Assembly: GCA_002633005.1 (NCBI GenBank)
Contig: NMRA01000027.1
Span: 1,291,788 to 1,355,787, forward strand
Length of the DNA: 64,000 nt
Origin: Phoronis australis
Taxonomy: Eukaryota > Animalia > Phoronida
Reading direction: 5' to 3'
Below are positions 23,801 to 38,800 of this stretch, piece after piece. The stretch's first letter is position 1, and each line of letters begins with the position of its first letter. The notes below the pieces were generated by a model that worked only from the letters and a program-made list of their open reading frames with translations, made no database searches and was not told the origin of the DNA. The position numbers were made by a program, and so were the translations under genes.

Positions 23801-26800
23801 AACAATTATACTATCTGGGCTGCATGCAGCCTATTCATTGCTTGTAGCAGAAATCAGCAAAGCTTATGTAAAGATAATGAAACATACTAATTGCTAATGG
23901 CAGTGCCTCATAGTCATTGTCCTACCTGAGTCATCACCATCTGTTCATAATCCTGTTCTGGTATACCTGAATACTCCGGATTATCGTCCATCTCTTGTTT
24001 ATTATTGGAGCTGGATGCTGATGCGCCTGTAAACATGGTCATGAAGCCTCTGTAATTCTGACGTACAAGTCGTTACTTCAAGTTCAAACAGTTAAAGTCA
24101 CATACTAACGATTAAGTTAAAATTACATGAAGTTAGAAAATTCTAGTAACTTCAAAGAAGAAAATAATCACATACACGCACGCTCATTCGATAGAAGGTT
24201 CGTCTGTTTCCACGTGATGTTATATTACTACATGTAGTATGTTAAGTTTTTGCAACATATTTGGCAGGTTTTTCTTATTTTTGAATAAAATGAAATACTT
24301 GGGCTATCCCGTCAAACTCCGAGACTATGTGGATAGGTGCTGATATTGGGGCAATCATCTCCATCGCATCTCCCATTCAGTGTATTAAAAATACGTCTTA
24401 AATCATCGAATTTACACACTTTGAACTAAGGATTAGTTCTCAAGGCCACTACAATGAGAGTCTTGTGGTACATAATATATATTTACAATAAACAACACTT
24501 AATATCACAAAAGTATTATAGCGCGTGCCTTTGGCAATAACGTACAGCATTTCACATAAGCGACTAGTCGAGACGAAACTTCACTCTGAGTTTTAGTGAA
24601 AGCAGGATGCACTGAAAATGTTCAATCTTTCAATAATTTTGAGTTCCGATTTCAGATGGATAGATTAGATCCCAGCTCATGGTTTTTATCCGACTCATTT
24701 TGGGAACATCAAATACCACCAAGGTTATGTTTTGTGAAAAGCTGGACATGCTATGATTTGCCAAGCAATAAGTAAAAAGCAACCGCAACTCTTGCAATAT
24801 CTTTGCTCATCTCAAACATGACTTACTTGAGTGTACTGAGTGAGTGTCACCCGGACCATTACTAGATGCTGACGACTTTTGTGAAGACCTGTGCAAAAAT
24901 GGGTAATGGCTCATTAAAACGCAACAAACAGTCAAGTTTTGAAAAACAACACAAGACAACTGATGATATTGCACAGGAAGACAACAGCTACATGTTCAAA
25001 TGATTTCACAAACAGCAAAAGAGACTACTTATTTACGCAGTATTTTGTAGTCCCCAAACAACGTTAATTTTGGCCAACTTTCAGCAAATGAAATAATTCA
25101 GCTTTTGAGTGTGGTAAATCGAATGTTGCTCAAAATGACAATGCTAGATCATTTACTGTGAGTACGACTCCCCTTTTACGTGTTGTATTTTGTATGGTGC
25201 GCAGAGAACAATAACAGTCAATTGCGTAACTTACAATGAATATCTCTACTTTTGTACACAATATACTCCTCAAAACAATAGCATTAGTAAGCTTGCAGTG
25301 AATGTCTCTACAGATGCATGCAGGCTACTTACCATGTTCTCAAAACAATACGCTCCGCTCACTTCAAGGAAATGAGATTCTACTTTGAGTTCGACATTTT
25401 GTATGCTACTCTCGATAAATTATACTGGATAGTTACAAAGAACATTTTTGACTTGTATGCCATTTAATGACAACATCGGTTTGTTCACAGCAAATGCTTA
25501 ATACAGCACTATGTCTGCAGCTCAAATTCATAACATAAGCTATCTTACAGCAAATGTCTCCACCTCAACTTACAGTGAATGAGACTCTACTTTTGAGCGG
25601 GCAACTTTGTATGCCCCACGACCATTTTCCTCTGACAATCTGTCCACAAGTTTGGACAATGTACTGTTTACTGTGGCCACTTCGTGATGGAAGACTTGTT
25701 CAGCGCTGAATAGAGCTTGGAAACTTGAAACGTAGAAGTCCACTCTCCTATTTGTGGGCAAGGTAAGAAAACATTTTATGTACGTCTCCGTAGCTACAGT
25801 GCAAGATACTTTATTTGGCCCCACAGTTGAACTGTGTTACAATGACGAAGGTTTATACCGTAAACTGTCTTACCTCAAGTCTCCCCCCAAATGTACTGTA
25901 TACATGATGATAAAGATACAGTGAACTTTCGGTTATAACAAAAGTTTTAGAAGAGTACCGAGAGAGTTCATTGCAATGCAGCTTGACTGCGTGCAAAACT
26001 GAAATGCATAAAACATCAACGTCCATTCTCATGTCAATCTTTCCAGACAAGACCCGAGTTTTCACCAGTTTACCTTCAGCACATCACTTATAGCAGGAGA
26101 AGAAAATCCAGTGTAAAACAAAAACAGTTCACTACTCCCTCCTAGGTTTGAGTTAAACACAGCCTAACAAACGATAACAATACATTCTACAAAGACCACA
26201 GTTGTGCAAAGAGTACACTTGATTGACTGTGCCGGGTCCACCAGCTAAGACATCTGATTGGTTCTCAGTTATGACTTCTGGCCCACAGACCAAGCAGACG
26301 TCTTAGCCAGTCAACCCAGCAGAACCAACGAAGTCAATCAAGTGCAGCCACTGGAACGGATAAATCAGTGACATACAACAACATAAAATGGTTGAAACAA
26401 TGATTTAGCAAAGCAACAGTGATTATTGCAGTTACAGCATTATTTCAAATTTCAAATCAAGTTTACTGGTAAAAATTCTACATGGCTCACATCTGTAACG
26501 TGTTGAAACTAGTTTACAGACCTGTCGTACAAATCAGGAAGTTCCTGATGAAGTTCTGCATTCAGACTGTCGAAGATTTTCTTGGCTTCATCATGTTCTT
26601 CTTGTGCCTGAAATGCAATAACAATACAAGGATCATAAGATTCACAAGGTGGCACCACAAGAACAACAATCCGCTTGGGTGATGTGTGTAGTAAATTCAG
26701 TGTTTGTAGTGCTTTGCATCATTTCACGCAACTAGGTGAAAAGACACTTTATGGGTGCCGCACATTGGATGTGATTTTCGATAAGTTATAAGAAATAAAA

Positions 26801-29800
26801 CTTAAGATATCAGAATCATCTGTTTTGGTTGATGGTTAGTTTCTCTTATAACCCTTCTCTAACCCACCACCTGTTTTCTCACAGAATTATCAAAATGTCA
26901 CAAAAAAGTCACAGAATTTCAGGTGAGGAAGTTTTGTCACAAAATGTCACCATCTCACAGGGAATCCATTCTCTATTAGGCAAACACAATAACTGACGGA
27001 GACTATTTTCAGTACACAGACAGTCAGTGTATTTGTTCAATAGATGTGACTGCTCACACATCAAGATGCTGGCCTTTTGCTGGGCCGTTGACGTAACTCT
27101 TCTTTTGTTGCTAAGGGCAAGGGGAAATGTACCTAGTCTCTTTAACATAACAAAGGACATAGACAGGGCAACAACAAAAAACATTTGCATTCTCCATAAC
27201 TATATAATTTTGAATTTTTGCTTTTACCTTCAATTAAGATTGACATTATCCCATACACCGTGACTGCAGAAGACAGTTAGTTAACTGTTCAAAGACTGCA
27301 AGAAGTCCTGAACAAAGCGATTGATTGTGATTAAATGCCAGGTTGCTAAATAAAATCTGTCATCAAAATAAAAATGCATTTTCAATTCAAAAGCCACACG
27401 GTACCTTTGCGATTTTTGCCTCATCTCTTTTCTTTGCACTTTGTAACATCGCGTGATTGTGTCGGGCATTGTCGAAATCAACCATTTTACGTTCTCGCTT
27501 CTTTATTTTTTGCTGCAAGACAACAACAGAGGAGACATCAAAACTGTAATACTATCAGTAACTAGCAGTACGCAACACGCAACACCCAAAATTAGAAGAG
27601 CCAATCACTGATTTTGGAGTCTTTTGTGTCGCATTGATGTGCTCCCTGGGACAAACAAAATATGACGACAGGACCTTATGTCTTTTATTTGTTTGTTTTT
27701 GAGCAATTGAATTAATGGTTGTGATGTGCATTGCTTTTCTGCAATGAATGAAGATGATACCATTACAAAGTTACAGTGCATGGTGAAAGGTATAAGTTTA
27801 TCGTTTATGATTTACATGGAAGTAAATAACCTATTCCACCAAATCTCTGGACTTAGCCACAAAACATAGACTGAACCAATTACCTTGACATCATGGAAAT
27901 TGTTGAGATATGTCACCAGTGGTGTATGCAGTCCTTCGTTGAGTTTCTGTTGCAAGTCTCCCCATAACAGATCCAAACTCTGTTGAAAACAACCGTGTGT
28001 CATCGTACCATAGGTTTAACATCCACTATGCTACAACCACATGCTGGTGTAAAAGCAACTATTCACTATGATAACACTGTGTATACATGTAACTGTGCAG
28101 TGATTTCAGTAACCCCTTCTAAATCTAATACCAATTTAAATCTCTATTCTTCATGCCTCAGCTACCAACATGTGTAGGGTGAAACTGTCAAAATCGATTC
28201 ATCAACATCCAGCGAATGGTCGAGTGTCTGTCACTGACTTTTAAAACAGCTTATGCACAATGCACATTTACTTTCATGTGAATAACTTTTTGCTTTTAAG
28301 TTTCAATACACCCATCTCCAGCCATTTTTATGTCAAAAATACTGACTGTCCATTTGACCACTTGATGGAAAAAAGTGTTTTAAGTTGCACCTCACTGAAA
28401 ATTGATTTCTAGACAAGAGATCATTTAGTGTAATTCGGTGCAGGGTATCTCTGATGCAGATTTCGTTTGACATTAATAGTCAGATAACATCTTTCTGCAT
28501 TTCTTGTGACATCGCATTTTGTTTCTTGGCTTCGATGAATGTAGGGTACATTCGAATTACAGCAGTCTAATACAATTTTTAAAACAATTATTCTATCGTT
28601 TGTTCTTCTAACGATGTCGCTCGGCTAGCTACAACACAGTTGTGATTCACACAAAAGGAGAGTTTTTAGATAATACGAGAAAAGCAGAAGTTATTTAGCA
28701 ATCAATGACAAATCGTTTTTAAAGAAATCTGCATCGCAGAGAACATTTGAGAAAACGTCAATGTTAAGGTCTGAACAGAGTAAGTTGAATTCACAAATTG
28801 TCACTTTATGTGACAAATGTGTCCAGGGGAGGATCCAGAATTTTGAGTTAGGGGGGCTGGGCAGACTATTAGCCAGGATTTTGCCTGTCAGACATTCGCA
28901 TCTCCGAACTGCCTCATAGAATCTGAGAGAATTTTAGGGGGGCCATGGTCCCCTTGGCCCCCCTCTAAATCCGCCACTGGTGTCTGTCAAATAGGAAAAG
29001 TTCTGTGCCTGAACACTAAATGAAGGTACTAGTCGAAGCTCAGTGACAATACATGGAAAAGAACACGTCAAGCAAACGTGACAACTTACCCGCAATACAA
29101 AAGAACACAAGGACTGAACGGTCAGATAGCACACACAGACACATACCGACAATGAAATGAGTACAAACCTCTACAGATGACTTGATAGTGCTATGCTCCA
29201 CCCATTCTGGTTCGTAAGTGTCATTAATAGCCTCCATCAGACTGTGACTGGCAGCTGACAGAGCTGAATGGACAAATACAAGAATATTATCATTTCTACT
29301 CAAAGTCATTTCACCATGTTGCTTCAGTTTCGTTCACTGAACAGGTATTAGGAAACAATGTAGCTACTACTATACAGAGTCAAAAAATTTAGCATATCTG
29401 GTTATGGTCTGTGCTTTTTCTGAAAAGTGAAGCAGTGAGTCGGGACTTTCTTTTTTTCAAACCAGTCTCTCTTATTCTACAATCCTAACTTTGTAACAAA
29501 ACATTCCTGCAAAACTACTGGAAATGTGTTATGGTGGGATAGCATTGTGAAGGTCATACAGGCCAGCTCAGAGCAAGTTCTAAATACTGGTTTAACGCAG
29601 TGTGCAACATTAGCAGACACCGTGGCCCATCCACAAGCCAAAATAAGCAATTACTTAGGGTGCCTGATGACAATGGAGCCCCTAGCAGTAGCAAAAGGTG
29701 AATGCATTTTTACAGTTAAAGGAGCCCTGTTGTTAAACCTAGCTTAGGGTTCACGAACTTCACGAAGGTCAAGACTGTCCCTGATTACAGACCCCTACCT

Positions 29801-32800
29801 CGAACACATGTCATATAGTGCTTGAGTTCCTTTTGAAGCCTGGTGGCAGATGTCTATAATAGAAATACAGCTCAATCAGAATTAGCAACCAAGCATTTAG
29901 GTAATTTGGCCGTAAGTGAAATTGAAGTTATAATATAGAACGCTTCATTGGTGAGTCACAAAGAGCAAAAGATAAAATAAGAATGAAGTGATTCATTAAG
30001 CCAAAACACCAAGGAGTTCCATGTAGAGAAAAAGAACTGAAAACTTTTCTTTCATAAAAACTTAATTTTTATTGACTATCGCAAAATTAAATCGACACTC
30101 TCTGAAAATGAGATGTCCCAACATAATATGCAAGTCACGTCACCTAAACAGCAATTAAAATAAGTTAACGATCAATGTAATTGTGCATTACACTTAAAAT
30201 CATTTTCCAGTGTTTTTGCTGAAAAACTGAGGGAATTCCGTTTTAGAATTAGAAACCCAAAGTGTACAAGATTGTCGAAACAGATCACAAAGCTCTTTAA
30301 TCTGAACGAAGAACCATTATCAAAATATTAAACTAATTGATATAAAAATGTTGTTTTCTATTATAATGTAAGAATATAATAACGCAGAAACAACTAAGAT
30401 TTTTGCTTCACTACGAAATACAAATCAATGGCACCAGAAGGTTCCTCTATTCCAAATACCTTTTCTTGAAAAAATGTGACCTTATACCAAAGCTTCAGTG
30501 TCTCGAATTGAAGAGATGGTCCAAAATTTGAAAAGGTTTTGTCACTTATTTGTTGGCTCCACTCTGTGCAGAAACACCATGCAACACCACCAGGTGATGT
30601 TTTAACTATTTCATGTAAAACAAAACACAAGATCACAGTGAAAAGTAATTATCTCTCAAAGCCACAGCTACACTGTTTAACAGGTATCGTTAAGTTTCTT
30701 CAAATTAGAACAAGATGGCGCAGCAGTAGACTTATCAAAATTTTCAAGAGTGAACAACATGAAGATTTTACTTTATTATTTGAAAACTTTATATGATACG
30801 GCTCACGGCTGTCAGCAACAAGCACACGATGAAATGTTGAACATTTTTGACAAATACAGGGAGCATTTGAAAAATGGAAAAAATTGAGAGTTTTAGCCAT
30901 TATTTGTATTAAAGTTTGAGGAAACTTTACATACACTCACCGACCACTTGTCTAAGGTGAGAGTATGCAGACACATAATGCAGAATGGCCATCATGCAAT
31001 GTTTGGGACTTCAGGGACACTATTAATTGGGACACACTATTACTAGAGATTTGAATCTAGGCTATTATCCATTTACACTGTATGGACATTAAATAAACGT
31101 GAAAATTATGTCTAGGATGCTAGTGGAACTAACTTTATGAATTAGAATCAAGGTTTCTAAATTTTGAGTACTCAGGAATTTCAACAAAATTAAATAGTTG
31201 TGCTGGATGATATATCACAACGAACTGTGTTCCGAGGTGACATGGCGCAGAAACAAACAACGTCATGCAACAAATTCTCTGATTATACTTAATTTTTGAC
31301 ACATAATTATGTATTTGTGCGTAAGATAAGTATGCCCTGGTCACATCCAAAGCAAGGTAGGTACCCATCACTACAGTACCTGTTGCAGATGCACATTGTT
31401 GATGTAACCTTCAAAGGTTTGATCTGTCGCTGTCTTGTCACATTTACCCAAATTCTGAAGGACCTGGAACAATTAAATAATCTCTTCATCATCACAATCC
31501 AGCCAGTAAAAGCTAATTTAAACAAAAAGACGGGAGTGCATTTAAGAAAAGTGCTAGTATTTGAAGTTTGGGGAGATTACAAGATATCACAGTGGAATAA
31601 TGCGAGATCGTACTGGTGTTTAGCGAGTAAACAGATAAGCTACCCTGTAGCCTCGTTCCAGCCTCCAGTGTGCAGATGTGTGTAAAAGTCAATAACCCAG
31701 TCAAGTTTCTGACTGTATTCACTTCCTTATTTGGAATGCCACGTGAGTTGACAATCCCAAAAGGTGTCCCTAAGTGACGCACATTTGCTATGAAATAACA
31801 CCAGGCCAGACTGTAAGATTATAAATGCGCTGCCGTTACCTAGCCAACATCATAACATGGACTTTAAAGTAAAAGAGAATTATTGTGATGGGAGAATAAA
31901 TGTATTCTCCTGTTGGGAGAGCCAGCCTTCGTTGCTAAGTTACTTAACATCATTTCTATGACCAATCACAAGCCAGAAGAGATTGGAGCCTCACTATGGA
32001 ACAGTACTACTCTCGAGTTCCGAATAGCCGTATCTATACGATTATTTTTTTCACACTCGTTTTCTGGTCTATACGACGCTTATTCGAGTCTCTATGTTTA
32101 TTAATTTTCCAACCTTTTTCAGCTCTCCACGATTATTTGATTCAGCAAGTTCACAATTTTTGTTTCATTCAATACAAATTTGTTACACAAAAACTTTGCT
32201 GCTGACACCGGGTATCACTCTAAACCTCTACACCACGAGACACTCAGTTCAGAGTTTGTCTATACTATTTTAAATTTTCCACAAATTTCCCTTCTACACA
32301 ATTATTCCCAAGAATTTCTGTTTTGCATTATTATTCCCTTCTATATCATTATTAGATTTTACCTAAATTTGTAATCAATATTATTATTCCAGTCTATTCT
32401 ATGTTTAAATTTCCACAAATTTGCCGTCTATATCATTATTCCATTCTATACTATTATTAATTTTTTCCGACAATTTCCGGTCAATACTATTATTCTACTT
32501 TTCTAGTGGCAAAAATGTTGGGTCTATACTATTATTAGAGTCTCTACTATTATAAAAAACTGTGAAATTTCCAGGCTATACTATTATTGCTGTCTCTACA
32601 ACTATTCCGAATTACAATGTAACTACCCGGCTAACATGCTTGAATGTTATACCAGAACAAACAGTATAAAGAGACACGCTCCCAGTTTCTGACAACCAAC
32701 TTTGGCCAGGTCGCCAAGAGTACCTTACGATTTTCATACTGTCAAGGACTGAGTGATAACAGAAACTCAAAATGGTCATCTTTTATCTTGTTCAAGATAG

Positions 32801-35800
32801 GATTGTTGATCAGTTGGTTCCCATCTCTGAACCCAGGTCAACTGTCACACATACTGCCAAGCCTCCAGCCTGGTATACTAAATCTGGAGATCTTTGGCAT
32901 GGCTGATTGAGGAGGTTAGTATATCACACATGACACAGAGGACAAAATTATGTAACATCTAAGCTATCATCATCATGTGATAGAGTTTCACATCTCAATC
33001 TACTGGTCTCCACAATCTGTTTCGAGTTGGTGGGATGAAGGTAGGATGGAGTCTGAACTCTGACTTTGACAAGTTTGACTTACTAATTGAAACATTTTTA
33101 CGCTTTTGGCACCAGAGTTCAACACATTTATTGCAAGCCTTCACACACTAACTCCTCATAGATGAGACACTGACTTTTGAACATGCTTATGAAGTTTGAA
33201 ATTCCTATTGAGGTTTAATTTCCTGTTGAATACAACCATGCCATTGGTCTAACTTCATCAGAGTATTTTGTAAGGGAATGCCATTACGTTAACTTTACGA
33301 AAAATACAAATCCCCGGTTGTTTAGAAATAAAATTTTCAGCATTAATTGGTGTTCCCCTAGCCTGTACCATGGAACAACTGAAAGTGATGTGAATGGCCC
33401 AGCAAACCTCCCACACCTGCATTCACAAACAGAATGTCCAAGTCCCTATTGATCCAAGTAGAGCACCATGAAATAAAAAGTGATGTGAATGGCCCAGCAA
33501 ACCTCCCACACCTGCATTCACAAACAGAATGTCCAAGTCCCTATTGATCCAAGTAGAGCACCATGAATGTACCCCGGTACTTCATTTGAATTTACTCAAT
33601 GGGAGCCCAGGCAGAAACAAGATGCCGTATTTTGATGGGCTATTTGGGTCACATTCTGTTGTCCAATGGACAATATATACAGGAAAAACAAACAGTAATT
33701 TAAAGGAAAAACGCACGTACAAAATTACTGGACAAGTATCAAAGGTAACATAAAAACATTTTTTACCTCTTTAAAACATCCTCAAATTTCACATCTCTAT
33801 AAAACCGTAATTCTATATATTTGAGTGGCCTTAGTCACCAACTTCCTATTCTAGGAATCTTACTATTTAGCCAATGTCTACAGAGAGTCTGACAAAAAGC
33901 ATCAGTATCAGAAATTGTTTCACTTCTGCATACAACAATGGACACATTAATGCTCACGGTATGCTGTGAAGTACCCCATATAGTGATTAGTATAGTGCCA
34001 TACCTTACAAGTGTGAAGTGTGATCCCAAACACAAATACAATCAGTTACGCTAAATCATGCCTTACATCAAAAGTAAACTTACTAACACACAGATAAGTG
34101 ACTATGCAAACTTCCTATTTCTATAGGATACCAGTAGGAAATACTTATCACACTTAAAAAATAAACAGGGCGTAAGATAAAGTCACTACATATTTCCCTG
34201 TATTATCTTTCTAAGCAGAGGGCTAGATTTGTGGCCAAATACATTTGAAAGTTCAAAAAACATCACTGATATCATTTCAGTAAATGTCAAGAAATCAAAC
34301 CAGTGCAGAACCTTTACTAACATACACTTAGATGTGCTGTAAAGAGCACCACCTGCTGTAAATTTAAACCTTTTAAACTTCACGGCTGAAAAATGAGGGT
34401 GGTACTAGAAAAAAATTACACAGCAACAACTTTGAAACCAAATACCTATGGATGTTTAAAGGCGAAGGCAACCTTTTTTCATGTCTTTGGCAAAAATAAG
34501 GTTCGTTGGTAATTATCCCAGACATATTTCCCCTTAATTACAGCTTTTCGTAATTTGATTAATTATTCGATCTCTACTCCGGAAGTGACGTTTGGGGAGG
34601 CAAGAATTTCCCACCTATTTCTTTTTGTATAGTCTGACTGTGAGAGCTTGCGATTTTGATAAGTTCGGTCATCGTGGGCTTTTGTTTACGAGTCAGTCAA
34701 CATGCCACGCTGGTGCTGTGTACCGTGATGTACTCATTATCGTCCCACGGACAGAGGAACAACTGTCCCACTTGCCCGAGTGTCCGCAACACACTCCCAC
34801 TGATAATGACTTGAGCACAAAAACTGCTTACACCCCGCCGTGTGACTCCCTCGCCACACACCTGGCACCTTCTAAATAGCTCCAATACTTAAGACAAGTC
34901 CAGAATAAACTTATCAAAGTTTGGCTCACCGATCTGTTCATTGAACCACAAACTGTCCTCTTCTCTGGGTGTCGAACGGGGCCTGTATTCACTCCCACTA
35001 CTCAATATCGCAGCAGGGCTACTTACAGGCTTTGGGCCATAATGAGTACATCCTGGTAGGCAGCAACAGTGTGGCATGTTAACTGACTCGTAAACAAAAG
35101 CAAACGACGACTGAACTTATGACAACCGAGGAAATTGGCGCGAAATCCTTGCCTCCTAAAACGTCACTTCTGGAGTAGAAAACGAATAATTAATCAAATT
35201 ACGAAAAGCTGTAATTACGTGGAAAATTTGTCTGGGATAATCAACGAACCTTATTTTTGCTAAAAATGACATGAAAATAGGTTGCCTTCGCCTTTAATGT
35301 AAATCGTACAGCCACAGCAAACAATAGCCTGGACCAAAGGTAAAAATACTGATATGGTAATGAGGGGTATTGGACCAGTTTTCCACCAGCCTCTGAGCTC
35401 ATCATGAGCTAGCTCATCACCTGCTTGTCCAAACCATACATCTTTACAACTTAACTGAGTTTTCTGCAAAACGGTGGTTAAATTTCACCAATACAGGACA
35501 CGTTAGTGCCGTTCCCATGTATTCTGAAGTCCCAGAAATATTTCAGGAAAAAATACATGCGGGATTAATTCCACAGTCACGAGGCCAAAGAATCTGTGAC
35601 AAGGGTAGTTGTGTTGTCCCTACTGCCAGACAATAGAGATAATCAACAGATTTCAACAAACCATGTTCTACGTCATGAATAGTTTTCTTAGTACTAATCC
35701 AGCGATATTTTGGTGGAACTCACAATCCCTGCAAATACGTATCCCAATGCAAACATCTTTCCCAGTAAAAATTTGCTTAAACTGCATTATTTCCACCAAC

Positions 35801-38800
35801 TTTTACACAAGAACGGCACAACTATGGTACAAGTGGACAAGCGAAATATGTATCATTTTGTCACAAAAGATAAGTAGCACTGTGTATGTGCTGGATCATT
35901 TTTAAGTACTTTCAAAATCAGAGCTGCTAGATCAGAAAATGTCTTCGAAAAAATACTGGTGAAAAGAAAATAGATCAATTATTTGTTGTAAAAAAATTGT
36001 GAAATTTTATTGCCAAATGCTACACAGTGATGACTGTCCAGACCACTCCTTCATCACTGAGATAGTTCTGGCGCAGAGTCTCGAAACACTTTCGGATGAA
36101 AATGTGCTGGTGATTGAAATTTTCTCTCCCAGGTATCTACTTAACAAAAGGTTACGGTCAGTTTGGCTTGGGATACCAAATAGTGGCCTCTTATATACAG
36201 TACTTTACAATATAGTGGATGCTTATACACAGTACTTTACAATGCATTGGGAACGAACAAAATCCAAATATCCGAAAAAATATCACTTAGGAGACATTAG
36301 GTTATAAAAAAATAAACAAACCAGGACAAAAACTTGCTAACATTGTTTTTAGTAAATTGATTGACATGATGTATCGGCTCCTATTTAGATACAGGGATCT
36401 ATTGGAAACTGTGGCAACATAGAACTTACACACAGACGGAAATTAGTCAATACATGCCAAGGAAACAGTACAAAGAGATGTCATGGTTAAACCTCACAAA
36501 TTTTGGACACAAGATGGTGGAAATGCTGGACAACTGGCTTTCTTCTCATTTATCATGAAAGATAGGTACCACTAAAGTAATACATTTGTATGTTCGTGGT
36601 CTTTACCATAGCTAAACACCAGAAAATATTTTGAAAATTATAAACATTCATGTCATTAGCTCTTGGAAAATAACAAAATGGTAACTCTGACAATTATTTT
36701 TGTTTGACATTGGTGAGATTTTATCAAAATTGTCAAAAATGAAATAAATCTTTTGCAGAACTACATCTAAGCCTTCAGTACATTTTTGTTTGGGAAAGAA
36801 GTCTCGCACTCCAAGAGTGACCCTTTTTAGGGCATCCCTTCGTAGGAACAGTTAGAAAAGGCAATCTTTCATGGGGAAACTAGTCGAGAAAAGCTACTCA
36901 ACTGAGCAGCAAGTCCTGTATGTACGTCTACAGTAGGAGTACCCCCTTGAGACTGATTCTCATGATACCATTAGCGGTCACGGTATTTGCCCATGCAAAA
37001 CAGCAGTAAGTAACTGCTTGTCAAGGATGTGAGCAATCAACCACCAAAGTAATTGCAAAACATTTATGAATCATTCACGACCTTTCAATGGCCTGTTATT
37101 TACCATCAAACAGATGTTCATCAAAATTTTCAGGTCCAATATCGTGTCCACCAGATGTTGTTATTTAATGACATTAAAAGCCCAGAGACTTGAGCTTCCT
37201 AAACACCTTTTAAAGCACCAATGAACAGCAACAATACCAATTAATGTAACATCATTAATCACGTAAATGAACCTTACTCTATATCAACTCAGTTCACAAT
37301 ATGGAAGCTGCCATTCACCTCAAACAAGAGAAAACAGAAGAGAGCCATAGACACAAGTTTGACGCAATATATTATAATTTATTTAGACAAGTGTAGTGCA
37401 AAGCCCAGAACAGATGAAGAGGTACCAGGTCCTCTAGATGGCTCAAGTGAAAGTTCATTTTTGTGCTAATATAAGCTATGAGCAAAGCTCATTATCATTT
37501 GAGGTGAGCAGCTCTCGGTCTGCGCTGGCCCCAAATGCAGGCTCAGGTGTGCCAGTAGACAGACATATAGGGGACACTCCTTCCTTTACTACAGAAATAC
37601 AAGGGTAGCTGGGAAGGAGGGTGTTGTGCCTGGATCCGCCACCCTCCTTTGCAATAAAAAATAAATGATCATAATTAGACAGTGGCCAAGGAACATAATG
37701 TTGCACAACATCACAAATTGATAGGTTGTCAAGGCTGTTTACGATGCCAGAATGTTGTTATAAGGGACTCGACTCTTGCACAGACACAGAAATTAAATTT
37801 ATAAGTTCACTTAAAATAAAGTTAAAATAACAGTTCAAAGTAAAAACAGAAACAAAACTGGAATCAAGGTCAATCATGTACAAATGCATCTGTAAATGAT
37901 TGATAAAGCTACAGTTGTTGAACTATGACTTGTCTTGAGTGATGACCTTGTGTGAATCAAAGAGGATGATTAATTCGATAGCTCTCAAGATAGATTGTAA
38001 GGCTACATCTCTAAATGTTTTATTTTTCCAGATGATTATGAGGTTGTGATGATCAACACTGAAGGATAGTTGTCGTTTGTTTCAGTTTCGAGAAGTAAAA
38101 AGGTACAACATCAGAGTTTACCGATACAAGTATCATAAGTCCATGCTACATATTGTAATGTAAAACAACCAACCAATTAACAACATATGTTTGGACTAGA
38201 CAATGACGGATGGCATTAAGTTACAAGAGGTTTGAAATGAAAGCCTGTATTGATCACAAAATGTAGAAGCATTATGTAAAAATTCAGTCAAAACAACGAA
38301 TGCCAACAACCCACCAATGGAGGCTTGTTTGCAAACCTTTATCATATAAAGCATTGGAAAACAGACACGCGAGCTGAGGTCGATTTGCTGACAACCATTC
38401 TTATGAAATGAGGCAGTCTTGCCTCCAAGATACTGTCGAAAATTATCAGAAGCAGCCAAAGACTCCGGCATGTACAACGCACCTGCGCTTCAGATACCTA
38501 AAGAGTATGTATTACAATGGCCGAGGTGTGCTGCCACCTGTACTGCCAAAAAATTATGCTCACAAAGAATATGTTCTGTTGAAAACCAAGCATCAATGTT
38601 TCAGTACTTTGTTAAGAAATCAGGTAGCAACTGTGCTCTGAGGTTGCTCTCATCCAGGGTAGAAAACTGCCAGAAAGCATGCATTAAAAATTTAAAATTT
38701 AGGATATCAACAAAATTAGGCAATAATTAAATAAACAGTGTCTCATGATGTTGACAATTTGAAGCCATGATTGCATCACAAGGGGTCTGCTGTTCAGAGT

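Noticed and set aside
32006-32620. Decayed MITE with CTATACTATTATT subrepeats
   Set aside because: Probably a repeat, but termini and TSD could not be defined.
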